Positions 10,555-21,666 of a stretch of DNA of 54,668 nucleotides are shown piece by piece. The stretch is from assembly GCA_937981905.1 (NCBI GenBank), contig CALJMY010000156.1, forward strand, positions 1 through 54,668, read 5' to 3'. Origin of the DNA: an uncultured Enterobacterales bacterium. GTDB lineage: Bacteria > Pseudomonadota > Gammaproteobacteria > Enterobacterales > Psychrobiaceae. Made by a program: the position numbers and the translations under genes. The notes under the pieces were generated by a model. That model worked only from the letters and a program-made list of their open reading frames with translations. It was not told the origin of the DNA and did not search any database. Every line of letters begins with the position of its first letter. The stretch's first letter is position 1.

Positions 10555-11625
10555 ATGAAAAACTTATCATTGAAAAAATTTATAATCACACCTATCGCAC
10601 TAAGTGTATTAGCAGGGACTGCTATGGCACAAGATGTTGAACAAGGTTGGTATGTTGAAGGTAATGTTGGTCAAGCTAAAGGTTATGAAACACAAACTCA
10701 ATTGCAAAATGCTACAGCAGGTAATGTTGGTACAGTTTCACCAAACTCACAAAAACGTCGTGCTTGGAAATTTGGTGGTGGTTACCGTTTTGATAATAAT
10801 TTCTCAGCTGCATTAACTTATACTGATTTAGGTAATGTTGAATTAGGTACATCTACTGGTGATTCTTCTATCCGTTCTGTTGAAGGTCTTTCTGGTAAAG
10901 CTGTATCGTTGACTGGTGCATACAATCAACCAATTAATGATTGGATAAATGCACATATTAAAGCTGGTTTCTCAGCTTTAAACGCTCGTAAGAATACAAC
11001 AACTGTTGGCGCTGGTGTAAATGATGGCGATGATGAAGATTTCGTTTGGGGCGTTGGTATGTCTTTTGACATCGCTGAGAACACTTCATTAATGCTTGAC
11101 TGGGAACGTTATGAATTTGAACATAAAGTTGACCTATTAACAGCTGGTTTACGTTATACATTCGGTGAAGTTGAAACTAAAGAAGCAAAACCTGCTCCTA
11201 TCGTTGTAGCTCCTGTTGTAGCTCCTGTTGTTGAACCTGCACCAGTTGTTGAACCTGCACCAGTTGTTGCTCCTACACCTGTGATTGAAGTTAAACCATT
11301 ACAAGTAACTGTTTATTTCGATAATAATTCAAGTGCTTTAACGAGTGAAACTAAATCTATTTTAGATAACGCTGGTTCACAACTTGCTGATGGTAACGTT
11401 GAAGCTGTATCTGTTGCAGGTTTCGCATCTGCTCTTGGTAATGCTGATTATAATCAAAAATTATCTGACAGACGTTCTGTTGCTGTTCAAGAATACATTT
11501 CAGCTAACTGGACTCTAAATACTGATAAAATTTCTTTATCTGCAAATGGTGAAGAAGAAGCAAGCAGTATAGAAAATAATGGTAAAGACCGTAAAGTTAC
11601 AGTTTATGTAACATTTGAAAAATAA
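10555..11625 (+). CDS. OmpA family outer membrane protein (beta-barrel, Pro-rich linker, OmpA_C domain)
   Basis: ATG at 10555 with SD-like AGGGA, signal peptide ending AMA, barrel ending AGLRYTFG, PAPVV linker, VYFDNNSSAL...YNQKLSDRR. Confidence 0.88.
   Translation: MKNLSLKKFIITPIALSVLAGTAMAQDVEQGWYVEGNVGQAKGYETQTQLQNATAGNVGTVSPNSQKRRAWKFGGGYRFDNNFSAALTYTDLGNVELGTSTGDSSIRSVEGLSGKAVSLTGAYNQPINDWINAHIKAGFSALNARKNTTTVGAGVNDGDDEDFVWGVGMSFDIAENTSLMLDWERYEFEHKVDLLTAGLRYTFGEVETKEAKPAPIVVAPVVAPVVEPAPVVEPAPVVAPTPVIEVKPLQVTVYFDNNSSALTSETKSILDNAGSQLADGNVEAVSVAGFASALGNADYNQKLSDRRSVAVQEYISANWTLNTDKISLSANGEEEASSIENNGKDRKVTVYVTFEK
11227..11262 (+). repeat. 18-bp perfect tandem duplication (VVEPAP x2) in the OmpA linker
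   Basis: GTTGTTGAACCTGCACCA occurs twice, flanked by degenerate copies. Confidence 0.85.
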
Positions 11626-11643
11626 CTCTTTATTTTTTAAATG

Positions 11644-11671
11644 AAAAAAACCGCCTTTATGGCGGTTTTTT
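11644..11671 (+). terminator. Intrinsic terminator of the ompA-family gene
   Basis: AAAAAAACCGCC-tttat-GGCGGTTTTTT. Confidence 0.9.
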
Positions 11672-11793
11672 AGTTTTTACCGTATGAAAAACACTTTATT
11701 TAAAAGATGATAAGACAGTAGTTGAGAAACTTTAATAAATAGGCGATCATAGCCGCTAATTATTATGCATTATTTTATATTTTTGAGGGTCTG

Positions 11794-13461
11794 ATGAGCC
11801 AAGAGTCAACAAGTCCAACTAATTTCATTCGAAATATTATCGATCAAGATTTAGCATCTGGTAAACATTCATCTGTGGTAACGCGTTTTCCACCTGAGCC
11901 AAACGGCTATTTACATATTGGTCATGCTAAATCAATCTGTCTAAATTTTGGAATTGGTCAAGATTATCAGGGACAGACAAATTTGCGCTTTGATGATACT
12001 AACCCTGCAAAAGAAGATATTGATTTTGTTAATTCTATAAAGTCTGATGTCGAATGGCTTGGGTTTGAGTGGAATGGCGATATTCGTTATAGCTCTAACT
12101 ATTTCCAACAAATTTTTGATTATGCCGTTGAGCTAATTAAAAATGGTAAAGCCTTTGTTTGTGAATTAGACGCAGAACAAATGCGTGAATATCGTGGTAC
12201 ATTAAAAGAGCCGGGCGTTAATAGCCCATGGCGTGATCGTAGTATTGAAGACAATTTAGATTTATTTGAGCGTATGCGCAAAGGTGAATTTAAAGAAGGT
12301 AGTCACAGTCTGCGTTTGAAAATCGACATGGCTTCGCCAAATATTAATCTGCGCGACCCAATCATTTATCGTATTCGTTTTATTGAGCATCATCAAACAG
12401 GTAACGAGTGGTGTATTTATCCGATGTATGATTTCACGCATTGTATCTCTGATGCGATTGAAGGCATTACGCATTCATTGTGTACGTTAGAATTTGAAGA
12501 TCATCGTCCTGTTTATGATTGGGTTATTGATAATATTTCAATTGAAGTTCATCCACAGCAAATCGAGTTTTCTCGTTTAAATCTTGAATACACCGTGATG
12601 TCAAAGCGCAAGCTTGCAACGTTGGTTGAAGATAAACTTGTTGAAGGGTGGGATGACCCACGTATGCCTACTATTGCTGGTATGCGCCGCCGTGGTTATA
12701 CACCTGCTTCATTAGTTGAGTTTTGTAAACGCATAGGCGTAACAAAACAAGAAAACATGATTGAAATGAGTGCGCTAGAGAGTTGTATTCGTGAAGACTT
12801 GAATACAAGCGCACCTCGTGCAATGGTTGTTCTTAATCCAATTAAAGTGATTATTGAAAACTACCCAGAATATCAAGTTGAACAGCTGACCGCGCCAAAT
12901 CATCCAAGTGATGAAACAATGGGTACTCGCCAAGTTCCATTTACACGTGAAGTATTCATTGACGCTGCTGATTTTAAAGAAGAAGCGAATAAGAAATTTA
13001 AACGCTTAGTACTCGATAAAGAAGTACGTCTTCGTAACGGTTATGTGATTAAAGCATTACGTTGTGACAAAGACAGCGATGGCAATGTAACTACTGTTTA
13101 TTGTTCTTATGATGATGAAACCTTGGGTAAAAATCCAAGCGATGGTCGTAAAGTCAAAGGCGTTATTCATTGGGTGAGTGCTAGTGAAGGCGTTCCTGCA
13201 ACGGTTCGTCTGTACGATCGTTTATTTACTGTGCCTAATCCTGCGGCTGAAGAATACTTTAACGAAAAACTTAATCCAGAGTCTTTAATTAGTGTAACTA
13301 CAGCTATTGTTGAACCGTCACTTGTTACTGCAAAAGCAGAAATGGCGTATCAATTTGAACGTGAAGGTTACTTCTGTGCTGATAGCAAAGAATCATCTCC
13401 TGATGCGCTTGTGTTTAATCGCACTGTTGGCTTAAGAGACACTTGGGAAAATAACGCTTAA
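11794..13461 (+). CDS. glnS: Glutamine--tRNA ligase
   Basis: [18 protein letters not shown] (HIGH), VMSKRKL (KMSKS equivalent), YQFEREGYF. Confidence 0.97.
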   Translation: MSQESTSPTNFIRNIIDQDLASGKHSSVVTRFPPEPNGYLHIGHAKSICLNFGIGQDYQGQTNLRFDDTNPAKEDIDFVNSIKSDVEWLGFEWNGDIRYSSNYFQQIFDYAVELIKNGKAFVCELDAEQMREYRGTLKEPGVNSPWRDRSIEDNLDLFERMRKGEFKEGSHSLRLKIDMASPNINLRDPIIYRIRFIEHHQTGNEWCIYPMYDFTHCISDAIEGITHSLCTLEFEDHRPVYDWVIDNISIEVHPQQIEFSRLNLEYTVMSKRKLATLVEDKLVEGWDDPRMPTIAGMRRRGYTPASLVEFCKRIGVTKQENMIEMSALESCIREDLNTSAPRAMVVLNPIKVIIENYPEYQVEQLTAPNHPSDETMGTRQVPFTREVFIDAADFKEEANKKFKRLVLDKEVRLRNGYVIKALRCDKDSDGNVTTVYCSYDDETLGKNPSDGRKVKGVIHWVSASEGVPATVRLYDRLFTVPNPAAEEYFNEKLNPESLISVTTAIVEPSLVTAKAEMAYQFEREGYFCADSKESSPDALVFNRTVGLRDTWENNA

Positions 13462-13509
13462 AGTTCTTTTCTTGAGCTATAGTTAATTGTTCTACTAGTA
13501 TCAATAATG

Positions 13510-13548
13510 AAACAGGTAACTTTACACCACGTAAATTACCTGTTTTTT
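13510..13548 (+). terminator. Intrinsic terminator after glnS
   Basis: AAACAGGTAA(C)TTTAC-accac-GTAAATTACCTGTTTTTT. Confidence 0.75.
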
Positions 13549-13582
13549 GCTTTTACCCTCTCAATCAATCAATTGGACTTTC

Positions 13583-15508
13583 ATGACAGCGCTAGATAAT
13601 AAAATTAGCCATGCTTTTTCAAAAGACGGTGCATTAGCTAAATGCATTGATGGCTATGATGAGCGCGTTGTACAAACTCAAATGGCATTAGCTGTTGGCC
13701 GTGCTGTGGAAGGTAAGCAAAAATTAGTGGTCGAAGCGCAAACCGGTACAGGTAAAACTTTTGCTTATTTAATTAGTGCCATGCTTAGTGGTGCAAAAAC
13801 AATTGTGAGTACTGGAACCAAAGCATTACAAGATCAACTCTATTACAAAGATTTACCGCTAGTTAAAAAAGCATTAAATATCCCTATTAAAACAGCACTC
13901 CTTAAAGGTCGTAGCAATTATCTATGTATTGATCGCATTAAAAAATTACAGAAACAGGGAGCTAGTCACAACGAACAAGTTGAACACGATTTAATTCAAA
14001 TTAAACGTTGGTCTGGTCATACAGTGTCTGGTGATTTAGGTGATGTGCCCGGTGTTAATGAATCATCTATTGCATTTTCCTTAGTTACATCTAGTAGTGA
14101 TAATTGTAGTGGTAAAAAGTGTGAATATTATGATGATTGCTATTTATTACGTGCTCGTCGTTTGGCAATGGATGCTGACTTAATTGTAGTTAATCACCAT
14201 TTGTTTTTTGCTGATATGGCGCTTAAAGATACAGGATTTGGTGAGCTGATTCCCGCAAGTGAGTTAGTAATATTTGATGAAGCCCATCAAGTGCCAGACA
14301 TCGCTTGTGGTTATTTTGGACAATCACTGTCGACTAAGACGATTAAAGAATTAGCAGTTGATATATCTCATGTTTATTATTCTGAGCTTAAAGATACAAA
14401 ACAGTTATTAAAAGCTGCTGATATTGTACAACGTTGTAGTGATCAACTACGGCTTGTGTTTGCACACAACGGCGAACGGGGTGACTGGGGACAAGCATTA
14501 ACACGAAAAGATGTAAGTGGTGCTTTTGAACAACTCTCTGAAAACCTTGATTTCATGTACCAAGTGATAAAAATATCATTAGGGCGTAGTGAGAACTTGG
14601 ATAACTGCTTTGAACGATTATTAGATGTAAAAACACGTCTAGATTTGTTTAAACAAGGTAACAAAATTGGCTTTAGTTTTTGGTATGAAGCTAATCGTGC
14701 TCATTTACAATTAAATATTAGTCCACTTTCGATTGCTGACAAATTTAATGAACATTCTAAAACATTAGATAGCGCTTGGTTATTTACGTCTGCGACGCTA
14801 AAAGTAGATAATAAGTTTGATCATTTCACTCAGCAGCTTGGTATTAATAACGCACAAACATTATCGCTTGATAGTCCGTTTGATTATCAAAAACAATCAA
14901 TGTTTTGTGTGCCTCGCTATTTTGTAGAACCATCACACCCTAATTATATCGATCAATTGGCGCAAACGACTCAAACTTTAATTGAAGCGAGTAATGGCGG
15001 CGTGCTTATTTTAGTGACGAGCTTTTCGACATTAAATCGATTACAAGCAAAGCTAGCTTCTCAAATAAATCAAACACTGTTAGTGCAAGGTGATGACAGT
15101 AAACAAGAACTACTTTCTCAATTTGTAGAAGATGGTGATGCCGTATTATTGGCAACGTCATCCTTTTGGGAGGGAGTAGATATTCGAGGTGACGCATTAC
15201 GTTGTGTTATTATTGATAAATTACCGTTTGCGTCACCTGACGATCCGTTATTAAAAGCTCGTCTTGATGATAAAAAACGACAAGGTATTGAAGGCTTTGA
15301 CGCAGTGCAAGTTCCTCAAGCCGTCATTGCATTAAAGCAGGGTGCAGGTCGTTTAATTCGTGATAGTAAAGATCGCGGCGCATTGGTATTGTGCGATACT
15401 AGAATGATAACGCGGCCATACGGGCGTATATTTTTAGAAAGCCTACCAGACATGAAACGGACTCGAGATTTAAAACAAGTTATCGATTACCTCGAACAAT
15501 TACAATAA
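13583..15508 (+). CDS. yoaA: DinG-family ATP-dependent DNA helicase YoaA
   Basis: EAQTGTGKT, LKGRSNYLC plus Fe-S cysteines, DEAH, KQGAGRLIR; adjacent to tsaB. Likely start is ATG 13583. Confidence 0.9.
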   Translation: MTALDNKISHAFSKDGALAKCIDGYDERVVQTQMALAVGRAVEGKQKLVVEAQTGTGKTFAYLISAMLSGAKTIVSTGTKALQDQLYYKDLPLVKKALNIPIKTALLKGRSNYLCIDRIKKLQKQGASHNEQVEHDLIQIKRWSGHTVSGDLGDVPGVNESSIAFSLVTSSSDNCSGKKCEYYDDCYLLRARRLAMDADLIVVNHHLFFADMALKDTGFGELIPASELVIFDEAHQVPDIACGYFGQSLSTKTIKELAVDISHVYYSELKDTKQLLKAADIVQRCSDQLRLVFAHNGERGDWGQALTRKDVSGAFEQLSENLDFMYQVIKISLGRSENLDNCFERLLDVKTRLDLFKQGNKIGFSFWYEANRAHLQLNISPLSIADKFNEHSKTLDSAWLFTSATLKVDNKFDHFTQQLGINNAQTLSLDSPFDYQKQSMFCVPRYFVEPSHPNYIDQLAQTTQTLIEASNGGVLILVTSFSTLNRLQAKLASQINQTLLVQGDDSKQELLSQFVEDGDAVLLATSSFWEGVDIRGDALRCVIIDKLPFASPDDPLLKARLDDKKRQGIEGFDAVQVPQAVIALKQGAGRLIRDSKDRGALVLCDTRMITRPYGRIFLESLPDMKRTRDLKQVIDYLEQLQ

Positions 15509-15553
15509 TGTTTAACGACATTGTTTACACGAATAAACACAATAGAAAAAACT

Positions 15554-16288
15554 ATGACAATTGAAGCTATGACAACTAAACCTATGATAAATAAAAAGCC
15601 AGCAACACTGTTAATTATCGATACATCAACTGAAGCCTGTTCAGTTGCTGTTGTAAAAAACGATGAAATATTCTTTAAGCAAGATGTAACACCGCGTAGC
15701 CATACTAAAATGGTATTACCGATGGTTGATATGCTATTAACTGATGCTTCATTATCAATTAACGATATGGATGCTATTGCATGGGGCAGAGGACCAGGTA
15801 GTTTTACTGGCGTTCGAATTGGTACTGGCATTATGCAAGGGTTGGCATTAGGTGCAAACAAGCCTGTTATTGGAATTTCAACGTTAGCAGCAATGGCGCA
15901 ACAAGCCATTGATGAATTAAATGCACAACAAGTTATTGCTGCTATTGATGCGCGCATGGGTGAAGTTTATTGGGGCGTGTTTAGTAATGTGAACGGTTTA
16001 GCAACACTAATTGATGTTGAAATGGTCGTAAAACCAGAAATTATTAATCGTAATATCTTAAACGATAATCCTTATATTGGCGTTGGCACTGCATGGGAAA
16101 CTTATCCTGCTTTAATAGAGTTAGGAGACATCAATATAGCAGAATCAATACTCTATCCGTCAAGTAAAGCGATGGCGCCATTAGCGTTAAATGCATGGAG
16201 TAACGGTGAAGTAATGGACGTTGATGAAGCGAGTCCTGTTTATGTCAGAGATACTGTAACATGGCAAAAACTACCCGGTAGAAATTAG
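15554..16288 (+). CDS. tsaB: tRNA t6A biosynthesis protein TsaB (start codon uncertain)
   Basis: IDTSTEACSVA, GRGPGSFTGVRIG, IDARMGEVY. Confidence 0.93.
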   Translation: MTIEAMTTKPMINKKPATLLIIDTSTEACSVAVVKNDEIFFKQDVTPRSHTKMVLPMVDMLLTDASLSINDMDAIAWGRGPGSFTGVRIGTGIMQGLALGANKPVIGISTLAAMAQQAIDELNAQQVIAAIDARMGEVYWGVFSNVNGLATLIDVEMVVKPEIINRNILNDNPYIGVGTAWETYPALIELGDINIAESILYPSSKAMAPLALNAWSNGEVMDVDEASPVYVRDTVTWQKLPGRN

Positions 16289-16324
16289 ACGAAATGAAAT
16301 ACGTTGTGCTAGAATAACTATCTA

Positions 16325-16696
16325 ATGATATTAAATAGCCAGTACTCATCTCCGGTTGTACCAACGCAAAGCGCAAGCGAGCGGCTAGTTGAAGGAACAA
16401 CACAGTCCAATACCATATTTCGTGGTAGGGTTGTCGATGGCGTAGAATCTAGCACCAACTCTCCACAGAATCGTTCATTACATATTGGTGATGAAGACCA
16501 ACAACAAGAACGACAAAGCAGCACGTTAACGCAAGATCAATATAGAAAAATTGCTCAAGCTCAGGCTGAAAATCAAACTATTTATGATAAACCCCAAGCA
16601 GGACAACGTCTTGCCATCAGTGAATATCAAAGTGTTCAATATGCTCCTAAACGAGAGGAAATACAGCGTTTAGTCGGCATTGATACTTTTGCCTAA
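16325..16696 (+). CDS. Conserved hypothetical protein
   Basis: Sits in the tsaB operon. The C-terminus IYDKP...AISEYQSVQ...REEIQRLVGIDTFA resembles small proteins found after tsaB in related marine gammaproteobacteria (from recall). Confidence 0.7.
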   Translation: MILNSQYSSPVVPTQSASERLVEGTTQSNTIFRGRVVDGVESSTNSPQNRSLHIGDEDQQQERQSSTLTQDQYRKIAQAQAENQTIYDKPQAGQRLAISEYQSVQYAPKREEIQRLVGIDTFA

Positions 16697-16705
16697 GGAG
16701 CATTA

Positions 16706-17353
16706 ATGAACCAACGTTTAGTTTTTATTGGTTATTGTATTTTTTCCATTGTTATTAGCTATATCCCTCTCATCGGCTTACCTTTTATTTATCTAAGTAC
16801 TATTTTTCATGAAATTTCACACGCTTTAGTTGCACTACTTACTGGAGGGCAAATTATTGAGTTTGTTTTATCTCCTAATGGCAGTGGGCATGTTGTATCG
16901 CGTGGTGGTAATAATTTCTTAATTGCGTTTAGTGGTTATTTTGGTGTGACGTTATGGTCCATATTATTATTTCAAGTAGGACGAAAAAATAGCTTAACCC
17001 AATTCACTGTTGGTACATTAATTTTATTATTTTCTGCGACGTTATTATTGTGGGTAAATAATATTATTACCGCATTAATTCTTGGTGCTGTGATCGCTAT
17101 GTTAGTTTTTATTTTATTAAAAACAAGCATGAAACTTATTACTTATTTATCACAAGCAATCGCCATATTAGTATTGTTTAATGCCATTAAAAGTCCACTC
17201 TACTTAATTGATGGGCATGACCTTGGTGATGGCGCTATGTTGGCTGATTTAACATGGCTGCCTGAAATAGCTTGGGTGAGTATTTGGTGTGGTTGGGGGG
17301 TATGTGTTCTATATTTTATTTGGCGTTCTACTAATTCATCATTGAGTAAATAA
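16706..17353 (+). CDS. M50 (M50B-like) family membrane metallopeptidase
   Basis: FHEISHALVALLTGG (HExxH in TM), AFSGYFG, C-terminal GDGAMLA; strong SD AAGGAG. Confidence 0.85.
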   Translation: MNQRLVFIGYCIFSIVISYIPLIGLPFIYLSTIFHEISHALVALLTGGQIIEFVLSPNGSGHVVSRGGNNFLIAFSGYFGVTLWSILLFQVGRKNSLTQFTVGTLILLFSATLLLWVNNIITALILGAVIAMLVFILLKTSMKLITYLSQAIAILVLFNAIKSPLYLIDGHDLGDGAMLADLTWLPEIAWVSIWCGWGVCVLYFIWRSTNSSLSK

Positions 17354-18222
17354 TGAAAGAAATCTTTTATCAATTACCTCATATTAAGCTATGTACGCTT
17401 CAACATGATCCTCAGTTTGTTGAAAACAAAACAAACATAAAAACAGATGTTGTTCTAGCGCTTCATGGGTGGTTGGATAATGCTAACAGCTTCTTACCTA
17501 TGATGACTTATAATAACTCATTTACAGTCATTGCAGTTGAGTTAGCAGGGCATGGGAACTCAGCGCATAGAGGGCAGGATAATAATTACCAATTACTTGA
17601 CTATGTTTACGACCTTTATGCTTTAATCAAACAAAATAATTGGAATAAAGTCCACTTAGTTGGGCATTCGTTAGGTGCTATTGTTGCTTGTGTTTTTGCT
17701 GGAACTTTTCCTGAGTTAATTGATAAATTAGTACTCATTGAGGCATTAGGTCCAATCACAGCTGATGCTGATGAAACGAGACAACAATTAAGAAAGTCGA
17801 TTAGTACACGTTATAAAGCACAAACAAGAATACCTTCTAATAAAGGATATTCTTCTATCGAACAAGCAATTCAAGCACGTTTGATGGTGAGTGACTTTAA
17901 CGAAGAGATTACTAGTATGTTAGTCACACGTTCATTAAAAAAAATTGATGATAAGTATCGCTGGAAAAGTGATCCAAGACTAAAACAATTATCTCCGATT
18001 AAAATGATGGAATCTCAAGCTATTGATTTATTATCGGGAATAATAAAACCTACCTTATTAATTTTGGGTGAAGATGGTTATCCATCACTTAGAACTAAAT
18101 TGGGTGAACGTATCAAAGTATTACCATCAATCAATTTATTAACATTTGCTGGTGGGCATCATGTTCATATGCAGCAACCTGCATTAGTTTGGAAAGCTAT
18201 TGAGCAACACATAAGCAATTAA
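17353..18222 (+). CDS. Alpha/beta fold hydrolase
   Basis: LHGWLDNANSF, GHSLG nucleophile elbow, GGHHVH; start overlaps the upstream stop (TAATG). Confidence 0.9.
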   Translation: MKEIFYQLPHIKLCTLQHDPQFVENKTNIKTDVVLALHGWLDNANSFLPMMTYNNSFTVIAVELAGHGNSAHRGQDNNYQLLDYVYDLYALIKQNNWNKVHLVGHSLGAIVACVFAGTFPELIDKLVLIEALGPITADADETRQQLRKSISTRYKAQTRIPSNKGYSSIEQAIQARLMVSDFNEEITSMLVTRSLKKIDDKYRWKSDPRLKQLSPIKMMESQAIDLLSGIIKPTLLILGEDGYPSLRTKLGERIKVLPSINLLTFAGGHHVHMQQPALVWKAIEQHISN

Positions 18223-18400
18223 CTTATTTGTTGAATTGTGTTGTAAAATGTAATGAACAACTAGGGTAAAAGCTCTAACTTTTACTGTTAAAATGCTGCT
18301 AGTTATGGGAGCATGAAATAGATATATAAAACTAGATTATTAAGAACTAGTCATGCAATTTATAAATAAAAACAAAGCATGCACTAAAAGAGGAATTACT

Positions 18401-20086
18401 GTGGAAAAAATTTGGCTTAAAAATTATCCTGAAGATGTTGTAGAGACGATTGACCCTGATCGTTATCAATCACTCGTTGAAGTTTTTGAAGAAAGTGTTG
18501 CTCGTTTTCCTAATGAAATAGCATTCACCAATATGTCTCATAATATGACTTATCAAGAACTAGATACGCTAAGTAAAGATTTTGCGGCTTATTGCCAACA
18601 AACACTTAAATTAGAAGTCGGTGATAGATTAGCCATTATGATGCCTAATTTATTACAATATCCTGTTGTTATGTTTGGTGCATTACGTGCTGGACTTGTC
18701 GTGGTTAATGTTAATCCACTTTATACTCCTCGTGAGCTTGAGCATCAACTTAAAGACTCCGGTTCAAAAGCAATTGTAGTGCTAAGTAATTTTGCTGATA
18801 CGGTTGCAAAAGTTATTGAGAACACGACTGAATTAGAACATGTTATTGTCACTAATTTAGGCGATCATTTCCCAGTGATTAAACGAGTTATTGTTAATCT
18901 CGTTGTTAAATATATAAAAAAAATGGTCCCAAGTTATTCACTACCCCAAGCGATTAATTATGGTGATTTGATTAAGCAAGGTGGAAAACTTACTTATAAA
19001 AAACCAGTAATTAAAGGTAATGATCTCGCATACTTACAATACACTGGTGGCACAACAGGTCTAGCTAAAGGCGCTATGCTTTCACACCGTAATATGGTGG
19101 CAAATGTCGAACAAGCCGCTGCTGCTTATGGAACAAAATTAATTGACGGTAAAGAAATTATTGTAACCGCTCTTCCGCTTTATCATATTTTTGCATTAAC
19201 GGCTAACTGTCTACTATTTATGAAGTTTGGCGCTCAAAACTTATTGATAACAAATCCTCGAGACATGCCTGGTTTTATTAAAGAATTATCTTCTGTAAAA
19301 TTTACAGCATTGACCGGTGTGAATACTTTATTTAATGCTTTACTTCATAATCCTGAGTTTAAAAACGTAGACTTTAGTTCGTTAAAGCTTTCTTTAGGTG
19401 GCGGAATGGCCGTGCAAAGAGCAGTCGCAACACAGTGGTATGAAACTACTGGTGTCTATTTATTAGAAGGTTATGGCTTAACAGAGTGTTGTCCGTTAGT
19501 AACTGTATCTCCTTATAATAGTAAAGGCTTTAGCGGTACTATTGGATTACCTTGTTCATCTACTGAAGTACGTATTATGGGTGATGATGGTGTTGAAAAA
19601 GGAATTAACGAACCTGGTGAGCTTCAAGTTAAAGGTCCTCAAGTTATGGTGGGCTATTACAACAAACCAGAAGAAACCGCTAATGTAATGGACGGTGAAT
19701 GGTTTGGTACGGGGGATATTGCAACAATCGATGAAGGTGGTTTTTGTAAAATAGTTGATCGTCAAAAAGATATGATTATTGTTTCTGGTTTTAATGTGTT
19801 TCCTAATGAAATTGAAGATGTGTGTGCTATGCACCCATCAGTGTTAGAAGTTGCTGCAATTGGTCTTCCTCATGAAGGCTCTGGCGAAATAGTTAAGATT
19901 TTTGTCGTTAAAAAAGATGCATCATTAGATGAAAAAACATTAAAAGCGCATTGTAGAGAACAACTAACGGCGTATAAAGTTCCTAAAATAATAGAGTTTA
20001 GAGATGAGCTACCTAAAACTAATGTAGGTAAAATTTTACGTCGATCGTTACGTGAAGAAGAAATGGCTAAACTGAACTCTAAATAA
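18401..20086 (+). CDS. fadD: Long-chain-fatty-acid--CoA ligase
   Basis: [37 protein letters not shown]; GTG at 18401 with SD AGAGGA; followed by rnd. Confidence 0.95.
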   Translation: MEKIWLKNYPEDVVETIDPDRYQSLVEVFEESVARFPNEIAFTNMSHNMTYQELDTLSKDFAAYCQQTLKLEVGDRLAIMMPNLLQYPVVMFGALRAGLVVVNVNPLYTPRELEHQLKDSGSKAIVVLSNFADTVAKVIENTTELEHVIVTNLGDHFPVIKRVIVNLVVKYIKKMVPSYSLPQAINYGDLIKQGGKLTYKKPVIKGNDLAYLQYTGGTTGLAKGAMLSHRNMVANVEQAAAAYGTKLIDGKEIIVTALPLYHIFALTANCLLFMKFGAQNLLITNPRDMPGFIKELSSVKFTALTGVNTLFNALLHNPEFKNVDFSSLKLSLGGGMAVQRAVATQWYETTGVYLLEGYGLTECCPLVTVSPYNSKGFSGTIGLPCSSTEVRIMGDDGVEKGINEPGELQVKGPQVMVGYYNKPEETANVMDGEWFGTGDIATIDEGGFCKIVDRQKDMIIVSGFNVFPNEIEDVCAMHPSVLEVAAIGLPHEGSGEIVKIFVVKKDASLDEKTLKAHCREQLTAYKVPKIIEFRDELPKTNVGKILRRSLREEEMAKLNSK

Positions 20087-20153
20087 TCATTACAATACTG
20101 ACTTCCTAAATAAGTTTAACCTAAACAAACTAATTGTTTAGGTTTATGGTTAT

Positions 20154-20184
20154 AATAGCTAATCCTCGAATTAGCTATTTTTTT
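20154..20184 (+). terminator. Intrinsic terminator after fadD
   Basis: AATAGCTAAT-cctcga-ATTAGCTATTTTTTT; a second hairpin lies at about 20118-20145. Confidence 0.7.
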
Positions 20185-20228
20185 GTCTGCAATTCGTGAA
20201 GTTATATTCATACCATCAAGGAATTTTC

Positions 20229-21344
20229 GTGATTACGCCAAGTTATATTGATACTCAAACTGCACTAAATGAATTATGTCAGCATTACCAATCGGCTAGC
20301 GTTTTAGCAATAGATACCGAATTTGTTAGAGAGCGAACGTTGCATGCCGCTCTTGGATTGATTCAAGTCTTTGATGGTAAACGCTTAGCTTTGATCGACC
20401 CTTTAGTTATTGACGACTTATCACCTTTTTGGAATTTACTAACTGAGCCGTCAATAATAAAAGTTATTCATGCGGGTAGTGAAGATTTTGAAGTCTTTAA
20501 ACATAATGGTAATTGTGTACCTTCGCCAATTTTTGATACACAAGTGGCAGCGGCTTTAGTTGGTTTAGGACCTAGTTTAGGCTATGCAAAATTAGTAAAA
20601 GAGTTTTGTGATATTGAATTAGACAAAGGTGAATCTCGTACTAATTGGTTAGCAAGGCCACTAAGAGATGCACAACTTGAATATGCAGCTAACGATGCAC
20701 TTTATTTACACGATCTTTATTTTCCATTACTGGAACGTGTAAAAGAAGCGGGGCGTTTAGATATTTGTTTAGAAGAATCCTCAAGATTAGCTAATCGTAG
20801 TGTTACTCGTCCATTGATGAAGAAATATTTAGACGTAAGTAATGCTTGGCAATTAAATGCTCAACAGTTAAGTGTATTACAACAACTTACCGCATGGCGT
20901 TTTGAAAAGGCGACAGCGCGTAATATGGCGCTTGGGTTTGTGGTAAAGGATATTGAGTTATTCCATCTTGCTAAAATGATGCCTGAAAGTAAAAGCCAAC
21001 TTTATAAGATAGAGTCACTGCATCCAATGGTGATAAAACGTTATGCTAATGAGTTGCTAGCTGTGATTAAAACAGGTGTTGAAAATAACGAAAAACCAGA
21101 AACATTAACGCGGTTAATTGACTATCCTGAATATAAACAAAAGTTCAAAGCAATAAAGTCGTTAATCGCAAGTGTTGCTTTAGAATCGAATATTCCACCA
21201 GAAATGCTAGCATCTAAAAAGCTGATTCATGAGGTTTTAACACAACTATGGAAAGCAGAGGGAGAGCAGGGAGAATATGCTCCAATTTTACTTTCTGGGT
21301 GGCGTAAAGCGTTAGTAGAAGATGAATTAATAAAGTTACTGTAA
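20229..21344 (+). CDS. rnd: Ribonuclease D
   Basis: AIDTEFVRERT (DEDD), FDTQVAA, YAANDALYL, HRDC region; likely GTG start 20229. Confidence 0.93.
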   Translation: MITPSYIDTQTALNELCQHYQSASVLAIDTEFVRERTLHAALGLIQVFDGKRLALIDPLVIDDLSPFWNLLTEPSIIKVIHAGSEDFEVFKHNGNCVPSPIFDTQVAAALVGLGPSLGYAKLVKEFCDIELDKGESRTNWLARPLRDAQLEYAANDALYLHDLYFPLLERVKEAGRLDICLEESSRLANRSVTRPLMKKYLDVSNAWQLNAQQLSVLQQLTAWRFEKATARNMALGFVVKDIELFHLAKMMPESKSQLYKIESLHPMVIKRYANELLAVIKTGVENNEKPETLTRLIDYPEYKQKFKAIKSLIASVALESNIPPEMLASKKLIHEVLTQLWKAEGEQGEYAPILLSGWRKALVEDELIKLL

Positions 21345-21365
21345 CTCAAAGTAAGTCAGCTTTTA

Positions 21366-21393
21366 TTAAGGCCACCATGGCTGGTGGCCTTAA
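21366..21393. terminator. Bidirectional hairpin between rnd and minE
   Basis: TTAAGGCCACCA-tggc-TGGTGGCCTTAA. Confidence 0.8.
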
Positions 21394-21408
21394 AAGTGTT
21401 AATAAAAC

Positions 21409-21666
21409 CTAATGCTGGTCAGGCAATGTAACATTTAGCTCTAAAACGGCTAAATCATCAGATTGGTCAAACTCAACACTGACTTGCTCTTCAGATACTT
21501 TTACATATTTAGCAATCACATTTAGAATGTCTTGCTTAAGCTGTGGCAAGTAATCAGGACTCTTACGATCATTTCGTTCGTGAGCTACAATGATTTGTAA
21601 GCGTTCTTTTGCTAAAGACGCTGTCGTATTAGGTTTACTGCTGCGAAAATAGTCTAGTAAAGCCAT
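21409..21666 (-). CDS. minE: Cell division topological specificity factor MinE
   Basis: MALLDYF...[25 protein letters not shown]. Confidence 0.96.
   Translation of the reverse strand: MALLDYFRSSKPNTTASLAKERLQIIVAHERNDRKSPDYLPQLKQDILNVIAKYVKVSEEQVSVEFDQSDDLAVLELNVTLPDQH

Noticed and set aside
18223-18400. FadR operator upstream of fadD
   Set aside because: No convincing match to the AACTGGTCnGACCAGTT-type palindrome; only loose ACTAG...CTAGT elements.
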